From an uncultured Spirochaetota bacterium (GTDB taxonomy: Bacteria > Spirochaetota > Brevinematia > Brevinematales > JAOACQ01): a stretch of 64,000 bases of DNA. This document shows positions 62,589-64,000 of the stretch, one piece after another. Position numbers and translations under genes: made by a program. The DNA is taken from the NCBI GenBank assembly GCA_963783575.1, contig CAWAOD010000009.1, positions 352,001-416,000 of the forward strand. Reading direction: 5' to 3'. The notes beneath the pieces are model-generated. The model searched no databases. It was not told where the DNA came from and was given only the letters and a program-made list of their open reading frames with translations. Each line of letters begins with the position of its first letter. Position 1 is the stretch's first letter.

Positions 62589-63568
62589 AATTTTTTTCCA
62601 CAGGATCAAAGCCATTTTTTTTAACTGTCTGCCTCAATCCTACACTCCAGAAAACCATAATTCTCAAGGATTTAAAAGAGGATAAAGTTAACAGAAGCCG
62701 CGAATATTATCTCGATGCTTCAGGTAAAGGTATAAATGTAAGCAGGGTTCTCGCTCAGCTTTGTGAAAATGTTCTCCATCTGACTCAAACCGGCGGCAGA
62801 GATAAAAAGCTTTTTTCGGCTCTTGCTGAAAATGATGGAATAAAGATGGAAACCGTTGAATCGGGTTCGGATATCAGGTTTTGTTATACGATCTTAAACA
62901 AATCAAAAAACACCACAACGGAGATTATTGAGGAATCAAAACCCGTTAATCCGGAAACGGAAGATAAAATAATGAAAAAGTTTTATAAGATCCTTCCTGA
63001 TTGTCATACTTTGATCATTTCAGGAACAAAAGCGGACGGATTTTCTAAAAATATTTTTCCCGGAATGGTAAAAGAAGCGAAGAATGCCGGAAAAGTCGTA
63101 ATACTGGATTTCCGCGGTGAAGACCTGATTAATTCACTGTCTTTAAGGCCAGATATTATCAAGCCTAATTTTAGCGAGTTCTGCTCAACCTTCTTCCCGG
63201 GTTTTGAAAAATCATACAATAATATTGATTTAGACTTTATTGTCAGGAATAAAATGGTTGAGATATACCGGGATTACGGAATTTCTACGATCCTTACACA
63301 TGGCGGACTCGATATTCTTTATCTTGAGGATGGATTAGCCTGTAGTATGCAGGTTCCGGCAATTGTCCCGGTAAATACGACAGGCAGCGGAGATGCTTTT
63401 ACCGCGGGGTTCGGGTCAGCATTTCATTCCGGAAAGAGAATAAGGTTTTGTATTGAAAAAGGAATGGAATGTTCTTTAAAGAACGTTGTCCTGATTAAAC
63501 CCGGCACAATTAAGCGAAAAAACGAAAATTTTAATTTACAGAAAGACAAGAAGACACGAAGTTATTAA
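62585..63568 (+). CDS. PfkB/1-phosphofructokinase-family sugar kinase
   Basis: LNP, GKGINV, IKPN and NTTGSGDAF motifs. Confidence 0.9.
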   Translation: MKFFSTGSKPFFLTVCLNPTLQKTIILKDLKEDKVNRSREYYLDASGKGINVSRVLAQLCENVLHLTQTGGRDKKLFSALAENDGIKMETVESGSDIRFCYTILNKSKNTTTEIIEESKPVNPETEDKIMKKFYKILPDCHTLIISGTKADGFSKNIFPGMVKEAKNAGKVVILDFRGEDLINSLSLRPDIIKPNFSEFCSTFFPGFEKSYNNIDLDFIVRNKMVEIYRDYGISTILTHGGLDILYLEDGLACSMQVPAIVPVNTTGSGDAFTAGFGSAFHSGKRIRFCIEKGMECSLKNVVLIKPGTIKRKNENFNLQKDKKTRSY

Positions 63569-63740
63569 CAGCGGATTAATTTAGTATTCTCAAGATTCTT
63601 GAAAAAATATATTCTGCCGCAATAATATTGATTATTTCAAATTCCCGCTCTTCTAGTCTTCCATACTTCCTGTAAAAACAGCAATCAAAAAACGATAACA
63701 TTGTATGGTTATAAAAAATATAATTTTTAGGAGCTTGTCT

Positions 63741-63938
63741 ATGGCAAATTCAGCAAAAATCTGCCCGTTAAACGGATCACAATGCGATCCTCTTTCGCAA
63801 AACGCGAATGAAACGGCAAACCTTAACTGTTCTTTTTTTATTTCGGATATCTTCGCGGCACGCTGCCTTTATATTGAAAGCATGAAAGCATTACCGCAGA
63901 TTGCGGAAAATATTAAAAAAATTAAAATACAAAGCTGA
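63741..63938 (+). CDS. Small Cys-containing hypothetical protein
   Basis: AGGAG RBS before ATG 63741; four Cys. Confidence 0.5.
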   Translation: MANSAKICPLNGSQCDPLSQNANETANLNCSFFISDIFAARCLYIESMKALPQIAENIKKIKIQS

Positions 63939-64000
63939 ATGTTGCGGATTATAAATTATCATTATAATTTTGCATAAAACATGTTTTATCAGTAAAATAT

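Overview
AT-rich bacterial chromosome segment, probably from a spirochaete (inferred from a DUF3996-like outer-membrane protein, a HATPase-HDOD protein and a BspA/TpLRR lipoprotein). Roughly 1-29.7 kb and 51.9-64 kb are mostly housekeeping and signalling genes (rlmN, HIT, rpsU, yqeY, dapF, nadE, tsaD, dus, clpX-like, splB-like, cysS, transketolase-like pair, MocR regulator, pfkB). Three near-identical IS1182-family copies (7.4, 16.7 and 50.1 kb) all sit at the same position of a REP-like hairpin. The accessory region (about 30-50 kb) is an integron-like gene-cassette array with no integrase in this window. It has a consensus promoter, an attI-like junction, four cassettes whose two ends are 18-25 bp inverted repeats, and very long attC-like sites (161-226 bp). 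Two of these sites carry an RBS plus a 23-codon mini-ORF. A second IS1182-family element has inserted twice immediately after the attC R'' AAC, an IS21 is nested in one copy, and an IS110 remnant interrupts another attC. The distal part is decayed and carries arr (rifampin ADP-ribosyltransferase). Single-base frameshifts in nadE, cysS and clpX-like suggest assembly errors. All calls come from reading the sequence; no searches were run.
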